Shown: positions 17,680-35,786, counted from the first letter of the stretch. The stretch: 64,000 bases of DNA from the human T2T-CHM13v2.0 reference genome, Homo sapiens (GCF_009914755.1 NC_060930.1); one strand, 5' to 3'. A program made the numbers and translations. Notes: generated from the letters alone by a model not told the origin.

Positions 17680-18720
17680 AAATCCAATGAAGTAAATGAA
17701 AAGGAATATTAAGTGCAATAGAAACAGAAAACGGCGAGTTTACTGACATCCTGAGCTTTTGAAAAGTTTTCAAGCTCATGAACATGGCAGGAAAATCTTC
17801 CAGGAACAAGACAAGAATACCAGCAAGAGTCTAAGGAATCAGCAGGCTGTAGATGCCTCGCACGCTGACTCCACACAGCAGAGCCTTCAGAGTGACAACT
17901 GTGCAAAGGAAACTGAAGATAAAATCTCAAGGGATAATATCAGAGTTAGCAATCTTAGTAGAAATAATTTTAAGTAAAAATATATTTATCAGCGTGCCAA
18001 AAAGCATTATCACGAATCTACTGTACACCACCTTCTCAGGAATGAATTGCTAACGGGAAATGTGACGTTCTCTTTGTACTGCTAGAATTGTCAAGATTCA
18101 CGGGTTTCTGAGACGATGCCCTCCTAAGGCCTTAGGAACCACTTCCGCACTCCTTACCCACCCCTTAGTTCCAGGTAAAGCCTATGTGGAATAATATATT
18201 ATTTCTTTGTTCATCAGAGTTTGCAGTCAAGCAATTAAAGTCAATGGGCATTAAATGCAAGTTGACTGGTCCAACTCAACGACTGCACAGCATTTTATAT
18301 GAAGTTACTAGTGCTGTTCCTGTATACGGGCATCTGAGGAAGGGCGGGAACTGTTACTGTCCTCTTCCCTCTTCCCTTTGGTCTCGAAAGTGACAAGCTC
18401 CTTGTTGCCAAGAGATTCTCAGAATGACTCTGTCACTATCCCCTGTATTCCCTGTAGTAGTGAGAAACTGTTACCCTCAACTACCTTCTTTGGCTAGGGA
18501 TTCTCCTTTCTTTATTGCGGTCTCTCAGGAAGATGGTGTTGACACTGGACATTGCTTGTGCATCCATCTTCTGAGACTGTGTGACTTTTATGTAAATGTT
18601 AGTTTATCTAGAAAGAAAGAATATGATCTTATATGCCTTGTCCTAGAAAATTAATTTTTCAGTAGAGAAATCCACTAGCATTATACCATACCCTTCTCCA
18701 ATTCACCATCTACTTATTTA

Positions 18721-19031
<311 letters not shown>

Positions 19032-20727
19032 CACCGCCTACTTATTTAAAATGCTTCTAATTTATGGGAGAATCATTTGAGCCCAGGAGTTTCAGGCTGC
19101 AGTGAGCTATGGTCATGCCACTACACTCCAGGCTAGGCAACAGAACAAGACCTTGTCTCAAAGAAAAAGAAAAAACAAAAAAGTTTAGTTAAAAAGATTA
19201 GCACTAGTCCTTAAAAATAAATAACTACTTAGGTGTGTTTAGAACTCGGGTCACTAATGCATGTCTTTCTCTGGGGTGTCACAATCTCTAATGTCGCCCC
19301 TGAGTTTTCCCTTCTGCTATCCTATTCTTAGGGCTTTAAAAAAGTTTTCTATGGAATTTTCCTAACTCTTAGAGCGAAATAGATATTGGTTTTCATAGTA
19401 TGAGGAGAAAATAAATTATGACATTTACTTTTTTTCACAGTAGCAAAGGAATTTCTGAAGGCATCTGCCTTCCCACTCTGAATTCACACAGTAATTTGCT
19501 AGTGTACCCCTCAATTGCCCTTACCACTTCTCCAGAAACCACATAAGCTTCTTGACCATTTCACCCCTGAAACAATCCCAGGACATAATACAATAGGTTG
19601 CACATTTTAAAGAGGGGAAAGAAAAAAAAAAAAGGGCAATGATTTTCATGATTCAAGATTCCCTTCAGTAATTTATTTGTTCTGATCGTCTTGTTAGGAG
19701 TAATTTTCCTTCCGTTCCATTTTATATTTTGCTTATTTTGCATTTATTTCATTTTATCTTCTATTTTAATTAGTATATATTTTTGGTTTTTCTCCCTGCC
19801 TCCTAGACTTTCTCAGGTGGACTTCCTACCTGGCCATACAACCCAGAAACTTATTTACGTGATAATTTTCCTAATTTCCTCAAGGAAGGTACATAACTTG
19901 TACCATTCTAGATGCCTAGGAAAAATGTTAACTCATTACATATAATAGACGCACTAGGTTATGAAAGCTCAGTTCTCTCCTGGACACCTGGTTGAGAAAG
20001 ACTCTGCATTAGACGTCACCCAGCATAGTTCATTATGCATAGAAGGCACTCAATAAGCGTTTTTGTAAACAAACAGATAAATGAATGGCTCTAAACTTTT
20101 AAGTGTGAGCTTTGAATTCATTTTAAGATCCATTCAGTCCACACTTTAACAGAATTATTTTCTAGTAGTAAGTTTACTTTCTCTGCTTATCTACTGAGGA
20201 CAAAAAAGCTTTTCAATTCTCAGAAGTAAATAAAATATGAGATAGAAAATTTAGCATCAGATTATTCCAGTCTTATCAAAATTCTAGAATTATGTATTAA
20301 GGGACTTCATTATTTTGACTATCATACACGTACAGATACTTGTAAGCATTAACACTTTGGCCTTAATAAAAGATCTACAACAGCTACACTCATTTATTTT
20401 GTGTCAGAAATTGCATTAGTATTTTATCTGTATTTTCAAATTTAATCATTTTGTTAATAATATCAGATAGGCAATATTGCCTTCTCTTTATAAGTATGAA
20501 AACTGAAGCTCTTAGATGTTAAAAATTTGCCCAAGGTTAAATAGTATGTGGAAAGGTTAGAATTGCAAACCAGAGATATCTAATGGTAAAATATCATTCT
20601 TTACATTTTGGGACACTATTATCCTACAGGTACTGTGTGTAAATAAAAGTTCGGATATATCTAATATATGACTATGTACGCTCTTCTACTCATGGATACA
20701 GTTATCTTTTGCATATTGTCAACATAA

Positions 20728-21071
<344 letters not shown>

Positions 21072-21869
21072 TTAAAAGAAAGGAGTGAATAGTTTCTTCC
21101 ATTTGCACTTTCATTCTAATGACCAGGCACTTCTTTTTATTACTTTGTCTATTCTCTAATCCTCACATGAATATAAAGTCCAAGCCTTTGGAAACCAAAT
21201 GATAAAGTGTAGCTGGACTTTTTGACCATTATCTTCATTCCTATCTGTCTCCAATAGGTAAATGGATTTGGGACCAAAATATAAGCCTTAGAAACCAAAA
21301 CAAATGAGGCATTAGCAAAGTAAAACTTTGCAAACCTAGACTTACAGATTCTTGAGAGACTTCAAAGCTCAGGATGAAGGGAAAAGTTTACTTCTGAGGA
21401 AAGTGAGTAGAGAAGGCATTTGAAAAGGTCACAGCAGGTTCTAATGCAGAGGCAAAGCCAAGTTTAATGGCACTCCATTCACACTCAGAGAAGATGTCTA
21501 CCTGAATCTATCTAGTCATCCTTTCATTCATTGATTCATTCCAGAAATATTTACTGACCACTTTCTAGGTGACCTTTGTTGATAACAGTAGTTTCCTGTC
21601 AGTTTAAGGGCAGAAGCCAAATGAGTCAGTCACTGCAAAACCACGAGGGGTAGGAGTTTGGAAGGATACTATTACAGTCAATTCAAATGAAATCTGTTCC
21701 TTCTTTTATTTAGGAAATGCCCTCCAATCTCCATATCTATAACTTGACTTGTCTTTTAAAATTATGAGAGATCTGGGTATTAGGTTACTATTAGGTTACT
21801 ATACCATGACATATTTAGGTTTTGGTGCCAGGAAAGACTCCTCTGGTACTTATTTATTGTGTGGTCTTA

Positions 21870-22381
21870 GACCAACACAGTCCAATAGAAACATAAAGAA
21901 GTGGATCATATATAATTCAAAATTTTCCTGTAGTCCCAGCACTTTGGGAGGCAGAGTTGGGCAGATCACCTGAGGTCAGGAGTTTGAAACCAGCCAGGTC
22001 AACATGGTGAAACCCCAGGAGAATTGCTTGAACCCAGGAGGTGGAGGCTGCAATGAGCCGAGATCACGCCATCGCACTCCAGCCTGGGCGGCAGAGTGAA
22101 ACTCTGTCTCAAAAAGAAAATTCTAATTGCCACACACAAAAAAAGTAAAAATAAACAAGTACAATTAATGCTCATAGTATTTTTTTTACTCCACTATATC
22201 CAACATATCGTTATTTCAACATGTAGTCGATTTAAAATTACTGAGATTTTGCTTTTCTTCATTCCCTGTGTGCAGTATGTAGTGTTTATTTTACACTTAC
22301 AGCACATCTCAGTTTGGCTTTGAAAGAGCCACATTTCAAGTGTGTGGTAGCCACATGTTGCTACCGCATTGCATAGTGCAG
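21870..22381 (-). mobile_element. MER33/MER3-like hAT element with an internally deleted Alu (~21927-22120, +) inserted
   Basis: GTCCAATAGAA and AGCCACATTTCAAGTG..TAGCCACATG motifs. Confidence 0.7.
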
Positions 22382-22707
22382 ATCTAGACTTTAAATATAA
22401 GCAGTGGATAAAAATGTCGAAGAGAAACAAGATTTGTGTCTTTCGTACTCAAGACCAAAAAATAAATTGTTTATATCTTCCTATCCTAGCTTAACACTTC
22501 ATGCAGACTTCATTTTATATTCTGACAACGTACATTGAATAGAATAGCAGTAATATTGTTTCATCCCTTTTTACAGTCAACTTCACATGAATAGACAAAT
22601 TCAAAAGTATGATGTTATAACAGCACCATCTTGTGGCGTTGCATTTACATTGCTGAAGCAGAATTGGGGAAAAAGAGAATAATGCCAAACAGTCAAGATA
22701 GAATTAG

Positions 22708-23148
<441 letters not shown>

Positions 23149-24109
23149 TGAATTCCAGATAACACTCTAACATGAGCGTTGGAGAATGGCAAGCAGGCTT
23201 CAGTGCTAATATGTTAATATGGTATTTGTTTCACTGAATTGTGTGAGACGAAAGCTGAGAACACCCACAAAACACCAGTGCATATGAACACACTGAGATT
23301 TTAACACTAAAATATAATCCCCGCCATTTATAAATACCAACTGAGCTACTACAGGGCTGCCAACCCTAAACATTCCTCATTAGAATAAAGGCTTCAATGA
23401 AGCTGTATCTGCCATTAAATAATCACTCAACCAATCTGAAATTCCAGTTGGTCCCATACTATGTTAGGATGGCCAGATATAACCATGTGAGAACATAGCC
23501 TGGTAAGTGGTTTGACCAGAAGTCACTCCAGAGCTGGCCTTCAAGTTCAGCCCATATTTGGCCAGGGTAAGCTTAAGGACCTTTCTGAGTCTTGTCATGT
23601 ATTCTTGCCACAACGTAAGCCATCTAATGAATCTTTCAAAATAGACTTTATTTAATTCAATCTAGAAAACACATAGGTCTTCTCTGGATGCTGGAATACA
23701 AAGAAAGAAGTTTGAGTAAGCTTGAAGCTAGTAGAAGGACTTTCTGTAAAGAATGAATAATTTTTAAAAGTAGCATATATATCACAGGAACCATGAAAAT
23801 ACATCTAGACGTTATCCATTCTCCCTTATGTAACAAGCTCAAAATAGTCCATTTTTGTGATTAGACCAGTCTTAAACCTATTTTGGCCTGGGGAGAGTGA
23901 GCTCTTTTTTGAAGAACACTCTATACAGCCACAAGGTGGCTGTCATCCTGTACCTAAGCCAGTATCAATTCCACGTCAAACAATTACATGTCTCAGAGTC
24001 CTGGGGAAGACCTAGTCTTTTCAATATTAGTTACTATAGCAAATCAATAGATGTGAGACAGCTGCTCATCTTTCTCTTGCCCAATTCTCCTAGAAGGGTG
24101 GGCCCGCTC

Positions 24110-24850
24110 CTATTAGTTATTTATTCCTGCATAACAAGTTATTCCAAAACTTAGAAGCTTAAAACAACAAATGTTGGTTGGACACAGCGGCTCACACCTA
24201 TAATCCCAGCACTTTGGGAGGCTGAGGTGAGTGAATCACTTGAGGTTAAGAGTTTGAGACCATCTTGGCCAACACAGTGAAAACTCATCTTTACTAAAAA
24301 TATAAAAATTACCTGGCGTGGTGGTGCATGCCTGTAATCCCAGCTACTTGGGAGGCTGAGGTTGCAGGGAGCCGAGATTGCCCCACTGCACTCCAGCCTG
24401 GGCAACAGAGCGAGATTCTATCTCAAAAGTCAGGAATTTGGGAGCAGTTCGGCTTTGTAGTTAAGGTTGCACTCAGGATGTCAGCAGGGACTAAAGTTGC
24501 CAAAAGGCTTGCCTGGAGCTAGAGAATCTGCTTCTAAGAAGACTCACAGACCTAGTAATTGGCAGGAAGCATCAGTTTTTCTCCACTCAGGACTTCCAAA
24601 GACCTCCGTTTCTCATAGTGTAGGCCTCTCCATAGGCTGCTCATAATTGACAGCTACCTTCCTGCAGAGTGAGTGATCCAAAAGAGAAAAAAAGAGGCAG
24701 AAAGCACAAGGTCTGTTATAATCTAGTCTCAAAAGTGACATGCCATCCCATAGACCAAAGATGATACAGCATGGGAGAGGAGTACACAAAGATGTGAATA
24801 CCAAAAGGTTGGGATCTTTGGAGACAATTTCAGAAGCTGACTGCCACAGT
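24110..24850 (-). mobile_element. MLT1-type MaLR LTR with an Alu (24175-24428, +) inserted
   Basis: TATTAGTTAT..GCATAACAA..CCAAAACTTAG..GCTTAAAACAACA start motif. Confidence 0.65.
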
Positions 24851-25615
24851 CTCCTCTGGTCCTCAGTGACTCACATCCTTCTCACAGGAAAAATACACTT
24901 ACCCTTTCCCCAGACTCTCAAAAGTTTGGAAAAAACTTATATTATCCCGTTATAGCTTCAACTCAAAAGACAGAATCATATTTAAATTAGGTCCTGGTAT
25001 AGATGAGGCTCTTCAGGTATGTTCCTCACATACAATTCCTCAAGTATGGTTCCTCTCAATTTAAAAATCTATAGACTAAAGGGATAATTTATTTGTCCTT
25101 CAAATACCCAACATACAATGGTGGCACAGCCAGAGGAGTGCCCTATGATCAGGAACAAGTCAAAGATGTCCACTGTTATCACTTTTATTCAACATTGTAT
25201 TTGAAGTTCCAGCTAAAGCAATTAGACAAGAAAAATAAATAAAACCCACCCAAACTGCAAAGGAAGAACTGGAATCCTTATACATTGCTGGTGGGAATGT
25301 AAAATAATGTGCTGCCGTGAAAAACAGTTCAGCAGTTCCTCAAAAACCTAGACATAGAGTTACCGTATGACCCAGAAATTCCACTCCTAGGTAAACCCAA
25401 GAAAAGTGAAAACATATGTTTACATAAAAAACTTGTATATGAATTTTCTTATAAGCAGTATTCATAATAGCCAAAAAGTGGAAACAAGTCAAACATCTAT
25501 TAACTGCTGAATATATAAACAAACCATAGCATATCTTTACAGTGGACTATTGTTTAGTTAGAAAAATAAACGATGTACTTACATATGCTACAAACGGATG
25601 ACCTTGAAGACATTA

Positions 25616-25990
<375 letters not shown>

Positions 25991-27385
25991 TCAGGAAAGG
26001 GAACCAAGAGTGTGGCCAAGTAATTGATTGATAAGGAGATTAGTATGGATAGAACAAAGCCAGAGCTACTAATTAGGACAATGGGAGAATAACCTCAAAG
26101 GTACTTTGGAGATTACTGGCGTAGCCCCTCCCGTCATAGGCCCAGAGTGTCATGATCTGAGGGAAGGAAATCCTGCAAAAGAGAGCCTAGGGTGCGCTGA
26201 AGATCTTGGGGTTTACTTCCCAGGGCTGCCTCAAGTCTCTGCTTCCCACATTCTGATGCAGCACTCCTTGACCACCCCAGGTATGGTTTAAAGGGGTTCA
26301 GGTGTGGCTTTGGCTCCAGCTTCAGAAGGTGTAAGTGGCAGTATCCACATGATGTTATGTCTGCAGGTGTGCAGAATGCAAAAGCTGTGGGGGAATGGTT
26401 TCCTCCACCTGGATTTCAGTGAACATTAGGGACTACCTGGGAACACAGGCAGTAGACGGTTGCAGGGCTGGAGCCACCGTCGAGAGCCCCCACTAGGGCA
26501 ATGGCTAGTAGAGCTATAAAGGTGGGTCCACCCCCAAGACACTAGAATTACAATGTGCAACACCAGCCTGGGATAGCTGCAGTCACCTGACTCCAACCCA
26601 TATACCCAGCAAAGCCATAGGAGTGGGACTAGCTGAGGTCTTAGGGGCTCAACTCCCACCCCAGTGTACCCAGAAGGTGGGCATAAAGTCAAGGAGGATT
26701 ATTCTTGGAGCTTTAAAATTTAATGTTGTTGGCCTGGCTCAGTGACACTCATTCCTATAATCCCAGCACTTTGGGAAGCAGAGGTGGGTGGATTGCTTGA
26801 GCCCAGGAGTTTGAGACTAGCCTGGGCCACATAGCACAAACTCCTAACCCTATTAAAAAAAAAAAATTGTTAGGCATAGTAGTGTGCATCTGCAGTTCTA
26901 GCTGCTCTGGAGGCCAAGGTGAGAGGATCACTTGTGCCTGGAAGGTTGAGGCTACAGTGAGCTGTGATCTAGCTACTGCACTCAGCCTGGGCAATAGAGT
27001 GAGAGCCTGTCTAAAAAAATTAAATCGATAACATTGTTTACCACATTGGCTTTAGGACTTTCTTGGGACCAGTTATCTCTTTCTCCTTGCTTATTTTTCC
27101 CTTTTGGAATGGGAATGTTGATGGTGATTGTGAATCCTAGGTTTTTGTCTTCTAGGTTAAAAGAATTTAAACAAGAGACACACAGCAATAAACAGCATGA
27201 AGCAATATATTGCAAAAGAATAAGTATATTCTGAAAGGTAGGTGCAAAAGCAATAATAGTACACTCTGAGAGCTGAGTCAGAGTAGGCTGCTCGAGAGTG
27301 AGACAGCATTGACTATTACAAGGGAAACTCTCTTTATGGAAGTCTTACATGATCATTCATAAGGGGGTGGGAAAAGACATTGCTA

Positions 27386-27463
27386 TTGGGTTGGTGCAAA
27401 AGTAATTGCAGTTTTTGCTGTATTTTTAATGGCAGAACCACAATTACTTTTACATCAGCCTAA
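27386..27463. mobile_element. MADE1 mariner MITE
   Basis: 78 bp, long TIRs (GGTTGGTGCAAAAGTAATTG), TA TSD. Confidence 0.92.
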
Positions 27464-27508
27464 TAGTAAGTATATTACAGGTGTTCTCTGGGTACACATG
27501 CTCAGTAG

Positions 27509-28273
<765 letters not shown>

Positions 28274-28324
28274 TTCCTACTGAGGATAGTTCTGTGCTTG
28301 ATTATGAAGCCAGTAGTGAGTGCT

Positions 28325-28981
<657 letters not shown>

Positions 28982-29916
28982 CTGGGGTTTGTTGTATTGG
29001 TGTGGTTTTCACTTCCCGAGGACATGGTTGTGGGGCTTGCTGTTGTGGTGCAGTCGCTGAATCCCAAAGACATGGTTACTTCCCTGACTACCTATCTTGC
29101 CTCAGGAATGTCTATGCTATGCCTGTCCCACCACTGTATTTTGGAAGCACATAACGCTTGGAAGCACATAACTTGCTTGATTCCACAGGCTCATGCCTGA
29201 AGTAAATTGCCTCCTTGCCATCCTGCCTTGACTTTAGCCTATATCTTATTTAGATGAGACTCTGGGCTTTGGACTTTTGAGTTGATGCTGGAATGATTTA
29301 AGCCTTTTGGGGGCTATTAGATGAAATGCATGTATTTTGCAAGAAAGACATGAATTTTGGGGCCCAAGGGAACAAAAAGGCTATGGTTTGAATGTGTCCT
29401 CAAAAAAGCATGTGTGGGCTGAGCACCGTTGCTTACACCTGTAATCTCAACATTTTGGGAGGCCAAGGTGGGAGGATTGCTTTAGCCCAGGGGTTCAAGA
29501 CCAGCCTGAGTAACATGGTGAGACTCTGTCTCTACCAAAAAAAAAAATCATAACAAAAACTTAGCTGGGCATGGTGGTGTACACCTGTAGTCCCAGCTAC
29601 TGGGGAGGCTGAGGTGAGAGGATCAGTTGAGTCTGGGAGATTGAGGTTGCAGTGAACCATGATAGTACGACTGTACTGCAGCCTGGGTAACAGAGTGAGA
29701 CCCTCTCTCAAAAATAAATTAATTAATTAAAAGCATTTGTTAGAAACTTAATTTCCAATCTAATAGTGTTGAAAGGTAGAACCTAATAGAAGATGTTTAG
29801 GCTATAAGGGCTCCACCACTTATAAGTGGATTAAGGTTGATTACAAAGGGGCTTCAGGCTGCAAGTTCAATCTCTTGCCCCCCTTTTTTTTTTTTTTTTT
29901 TGGAGATGGAGTCTAG

Positions 29917-30213
<297 letters not shown>

Positions 30214-30371
30214 TAAAAGAGTGCAGCAAAAAAGGTCCCTGTCAAATGTCAGCCCCTTGATCTTGGACTTCTCAGCCTTCTGAACAGTGAGCCAATAAAT
30301 TTCTGTTCATTATAAATTACCCCGTTTCAGATAATCTGTTATAGCAGCACAAAATCAAGTGAAAAACTTGG

Positions 30372-32478
30372 TGAATAACCCTATTAATGTCTTATTGAAT
30401 TCAGTTTACTAGTATTTTGTTGAGGATTTTTGCATGTATGTTCACCAGAGATTTTGGCCTATAATTGTCTTTTTTTGTAATGTCCTTGACTGGCTTTGAT
30501 TTCAGTAAAGTTGCAGGATACAAAATTAACATATTAAAATTAGTATCATTGCTATACACTAACAACAAACTATTCACAAAAGAAATCAAGAAAACAATCC
30601 TATTTGTGATAGCATTAATGAAAAACTTAGAAATACATTTAACCAAAAATAAAATTAACCAAATACATTCAGTGTATGAGAGATCCATACACTGAATATT
30701 ATAAAACATTGATGAAATAAATTTAAGAGAAAAACAAATGAAAATATATACAGTATTCATGGATTGGAGGAATTAACATTGTTAAAATGTCCATATTACC
30801 CCAGTGATCTACAGATTCAGTGCAATCCCTGTCAAAAGTGAAATGACCTTTTCCCAGAAATAGAAAAGAACAACCCTAAAGTTTGTATAGGAAAACAAAA
30901 GACCTCAAATAGTCAAAGCAATTTTTAGGAAAACAAAGCTGGAGGCATCACAATACCTGACTTGAAAATGTACCAAAAACGTATAATAATCAAAACAGCC
31001 CATACTGTCATAAAAGCAGACATATAGACCAAAGAAATAGAAAACAGAGCCCACACATTTACAGTCAACTGATTTTCAGCAAAGCTGTCAAGGACATACA
31101 ATAAGGAAAGGACATTCTCTTCAATATGTTGGGAAAATTAGATATCAACACCCAGAAGAATGAAATTAGACCCTTAATCTTGTCCCAAGTACACAAGTCA
31201 AATCATAATGGGTTAATGTCTTAAATATAAGATCTGAAACTATAAAACCATTAGGGGAAAACAGAGGGAAAGAGCTTCTTAACATTGGATTTGGCAAAAA
31301 TTTTTTGGATACAACCCCAAAAACACATGCAACAAAAGCAATATTAGACTAATTGGATTGCACCAAACTAATGAGCTTCTGCACACCAAAGGCAACAATC
31401 AACAGAGTGAAGAGACTATCTATGGGATGGGGAGAAAATATTTGCAAACCACATATCTGATAAGGGGCCAATATCCAAAATATTTAAGAAACTCAAACAA
31501 CTCAATAGCAAGAAAACAACCAGTTTAAAAAATGGGTAGGAACCTGAATAGATATTTCTCAAAAGAAGACATGTGAATGGCCAACAGGTATATGAAAAGA
31601 TGTTCAACATCACTAATAATCAATCAGGGAAATGCAAATGAAAGCCACAATGAGATATCGTCTCACTAGAATAGTCTTTATCAAAAAAATAAAACATAAC
31701 AAGTGTTAACAAAAATGTGGAGAAAAGGGAACCCTAGTACATTGTTGATGGGAATGTAAATTAGCATAATTATTTTGGAAAACAGTATGGAGGTTCCCCC
31801 CAAAATTAAAAATAAAACTATTGTATGATTCAACAATTATCTTTCTCAGTATGTTACCAAAGGAAATGAAGAGATATTCCCTCCTCCATGTTCATTTCAG
31901 TATTATTCATAATAGTAAAGATATGGAGTCAACCTAAGTGTTTATCAACTGATAAATGGATAAAGAAAATGTGATATATATACATAGCATGATACTATTC
32001 AGCCTTATGAAAAGAAAGATATCTTGCCTTCCACATGGCAGTCTTGCAACAACATGGATGAATGTGGAAGACATCATCCTAAGTGAAATAAACCAGGCAC
32101 AGAAAGACAAAAGACAAACTGAATGATCTCACTTTTATGTGAAATCAGAGTAGAATGGAGGTTACCAGGGACTAGAGTGGGTGATAGTGAGGTGGAAAAT
32201 GGAGAAATATTGGTTAAAGGATAAAAAGCTTAGTTAGATAGGAGGAATAAGTTCTGGAGATCCACTGTGAAGCATGGAGGCAATAGTGAATAATAATGTA
32301 TTGTATGTATATTTGAAGACTGCTAAGAACATAGATTTTTAAATGTTCTCACCACAAAAAAAAGATAAGTATGTGAGGTGATGGATATGTTAAATCATTC
32401 TACAGTGTGTGTGTGTGTGTACATATATCAAAGCATCATATACCCCATAAATATATAGAATCATTTGTTAATTAAAAA
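30372..32478 (+). mobile_element. L1MA-type element with inverted 5' segment (30372-30497 on the minus strand)
   Basis: Minus part encodes KP.KDITKKDNYRP.SL.NI.AKILNKIL; plus part starts FSKVAGYKIN and runs to the 3' UTR. Confidence 0.8.
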
Positions 32479-32479
32479 T

Positions 32480-35400
32480 AACTTCAAAATGACAAAAATA
32501 AAGATGTTTTCACATGTACATAGGCTGAAAAAAATCAAAGACCAGCATATCTGTATTATAAGAAAAATTAAAGGAAGTCCTTCAGGCACAAGGAAAGTTT
32601 TATCAGATAGAAATATATTTATTTCTACCCAAAGGAATGAAGATACCAGAAATGACAACTGTGTGGGCAAATACAAGTATAAGAAAACTTTCTCATTACA
32701 TAAATATCTTAGATGATAAACAAAGAAACAAAAATAATGTAGTGTATGTATATATTTGTGTATATATATACACATATATATTGCACTAACATGTATGATA
32801 ACAGCACAAAGCTTAGAGGGAAGAAATAGTATGGCAGTTTTATACTATATATAAAAGGGTACAATAATATTTGAAGCTAGACTCAAGTTAAAAAGAAATA
32901 CTATAAATCCAGAGGTAATAGCTAAAATCACAAAATAGAATTATAGCTAATTAGCTAATAAACTAGATATAAAGGAACCATAAAAATAATCAAAAGATGG
33001 CAAAAAAGAGAAAAAAATGGAATAAAGAACAATTACCAAATAGAAAACAAATATCAAGAAAGTAGGTTTAAATCCAACCATATCAATAATCCCATCAAGT
33101 GAAAATTGTCTAATTATCTCAAAAGACAAACATTTTTGAAGTAGATTAAAAAAATAAATGAATACTTGACTATATGCTGTCTGTAAGAAACACACTACCA
33201 TAGAAAACTACAAAAAAAGTTAAAAATGGATGAAAAAATATACTATGCCAATATTAATTTCAAAAAACAAAACAAAACTGGAGTGCTTATTTTAATATAA
33301 AACAATGTAGATTCCATAGAAAAGCCACATCCAGGGATAAAAAGGTCATTTAAAAATGATAAAGTGTTCATTTCACTAAGAGAACATAATAATCTTAAAT
33401 ATTTATGCAACTAATGACAGAGCTTCAAAATACAGACAGCCTCTGACTTACAAATTTTCAACTTTACAATGTGCAAAAGGGATACACATTCAGTATGCTT
33501 TTTGACTTATGAAGTTGTGCACAGATAAACACACTGTAAGTTCAAACAGTGGGTGTATCCAGACATAACCACATTGTTGAGGAGCATCTGTACTTAAAAG
33601 CAAAAACTGATAGAATTACAAGAAATAGACAAATCCATAATTACAGCTAGGGATCTGAATACTTCTCACTCAATAATAGCACAAATAGATAGACATCAGT
33701 AAGGATATAGAAGATATGGAGAGCACTATCAACCAAGTTGAACCAATTGATATTTATAGGTCATTTTACCAAAGAACAGCAAAACACACCATATTCCCTT
33801 CATAGAGCGTATTATAGGCCAAAAACAAATACTCAATAAATTTGTAAGAATTGAGTCACACAACTGTTTTCTCTGACCACCATGAAATTAGAAGTTAATA
33901 AAAAGATATATGGACAATTCCAGAATATTGGAAAAGTAAATAACAGACTTATACATAACCTACACATCAAAGAAGAAATCCAAAGGAAAATTATAGAACA
34001 CTTACAAATGAATAAAAAGAAAAGGACAAAATATCAGATTTAGTGGTATGCCGCTAGAATAGAATTTGGAGGAAACTTTTAGGACTAAATATTTATATTA
34101 GGAAAGAATAAGGGTCTGAAATCAATGAACTCAACATTTACCTTAAGAATCCAGAAAAAGAATGTAGAAAAAGGGCAAATTAAAGTCCTTCAGGCACAAG
34201 GAAACAGAAGAAATAAAACAAAAAATCAATTATAAGGAAAAACAGGGAAAAATCTGAAACCAAAAATGAGTTATTTGAGATCCATCTAAGTGATAAACCT
34301 GTAGTCAGACTGATCAGTATAAGGGGAGAAAAGACAGAATTTATCAATATTGGAATGCAAGAGATGACATTAATACACATTCTATAAATATTAAAGATAC
34401 TAGAATATTGTGATGACTTTATTCCAATAAATACAATAAATTAAATTAAAAATGCATTGAAATATACAAACTACTAAAGCTCACTCAAGAAGAAATAGAT
34501 AACCTGAATAGCCCTTTATCTATTAAAAAACTGTATTTCAAACATCTTTTCACAAAGAAAATGACAGACTCAGATGGTTCCCTTGTACAATTCCAGCAAT
34601 AGTAAGAGAAGAAATAATACCAATTCTACACAAACATCCAGAAAATTGAAAAGAAAAGAATATGTCCCAAAGACATTGTATGAAAGCTACAGACCAATAT
34701 TCATCATAAATATAAATACAAATTCTTAACAAATATATATTTATACATATTTAAATATATAATAATGTTTAAAAAGGATAATACATTGTGATGAAGTGGC
34801 ATTAACCCCAGGAATGCGAGATTGCTTTAACATTTGAAAATCAATCAATGTAATTCATATTAACGAATCCAGAGAGAATAACCATATGGTCATATGAATT
34901 GATGGAGAAAAAAAGTTGACAAAATCCAACAGCCATTTCTGATAAAAATTCTCAACAAACTAGGAATAAAATGGAACATCATCTTGATAAGAGGATATGT
35001 GAAAAACCTACAGCTAACATCATTCTGAATGTTTTCCCCTAACATCTGGAACAAGGCAAGGGTATCTTCATCAACATTTTTTATTTCTATTTTACTGGAG
35101 GTTTTAGCCAGTACAAATTGGCAAGGAAGATAAATACAAACCATATAGATTGAAATGGAAGAAATAAAACTGTATTTATTTGTAGAAGACAAAAATCACC
35201 TACAGAGAACAAGTGATAGACTTTCAATTATAACTGAGGTTTGCAAGGTTGGAGAATACAAGATCAATATAAGAATAAATTGTATTTCAATACATTAGCA
35301 ATAAATCATTGAAAATTGAAATTAAAATGCCATTTACAATAGCACAAAAAACAGGGATAAATCTGATGTAAAGTGCACAAGACATACAATGAAAAGATAA

Positions 35401-35527
35401 AACTTTGCTAAGAGAGATTTTGAAATATGGAAATCAGTGGAAGAACTCTATGTTAATGGATTGAAAAACTCAAGGTTGCTAAATGTCAGTTCTGTATAAA
35501 TTGGTCTATAGATTCACTGTAATCCCA
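32480..35527 (+). mobile_element. Older L1M (ORF1 end to ORF2), with a MER47-like Tigger insertion at ~33433-33590
   Basis: Degenerate ORF2 motifs (AAGCTCACTCAAGAAGAAATAGATAACCTGAATAG); CAGA..TCTG TIRs with TA TSD. Confidence 0.78.
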
Positions 35528-35786
35528 CTGAGCCCACGCCCACCCGGAACTGGCCCTGGCCCACAAGCACCGCGCGCAGCCCCGGTCCCCACCCACGCCT
35601 CTCCCTCCACACCTCCCCGCAAGCTGAGGGAGCCGGCTCCGGCCTTGGCCAGCCCAGAAAGGGGCTCCCACAGTGCAGTGGTGGGCTGAAGGGCTCCTCA
35701 AGTGCCCCCACAGTGGGAGCCCAGGCAGAGGAGGCGCCAAGAGGGAGCGAGGGCTGTGAGGACTGCCAGCACACTGTCACCTCTCA
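35524..35786 (-). mobile_element. LTR12(C)-like ERV9 LTR, 5' ~260 bp only
   Basis: Minus strand begins TGAGAGGTGACAGTGTGCTGGCAGTCCTCACAGCCCTCGCT. Confidence 0.9.

Noticed and set aside
17759-17977. Hydrophilic 72-aa ORF resembling an exon
   Set aside because: TTG start, no recognisable homology, no convincing splice pair
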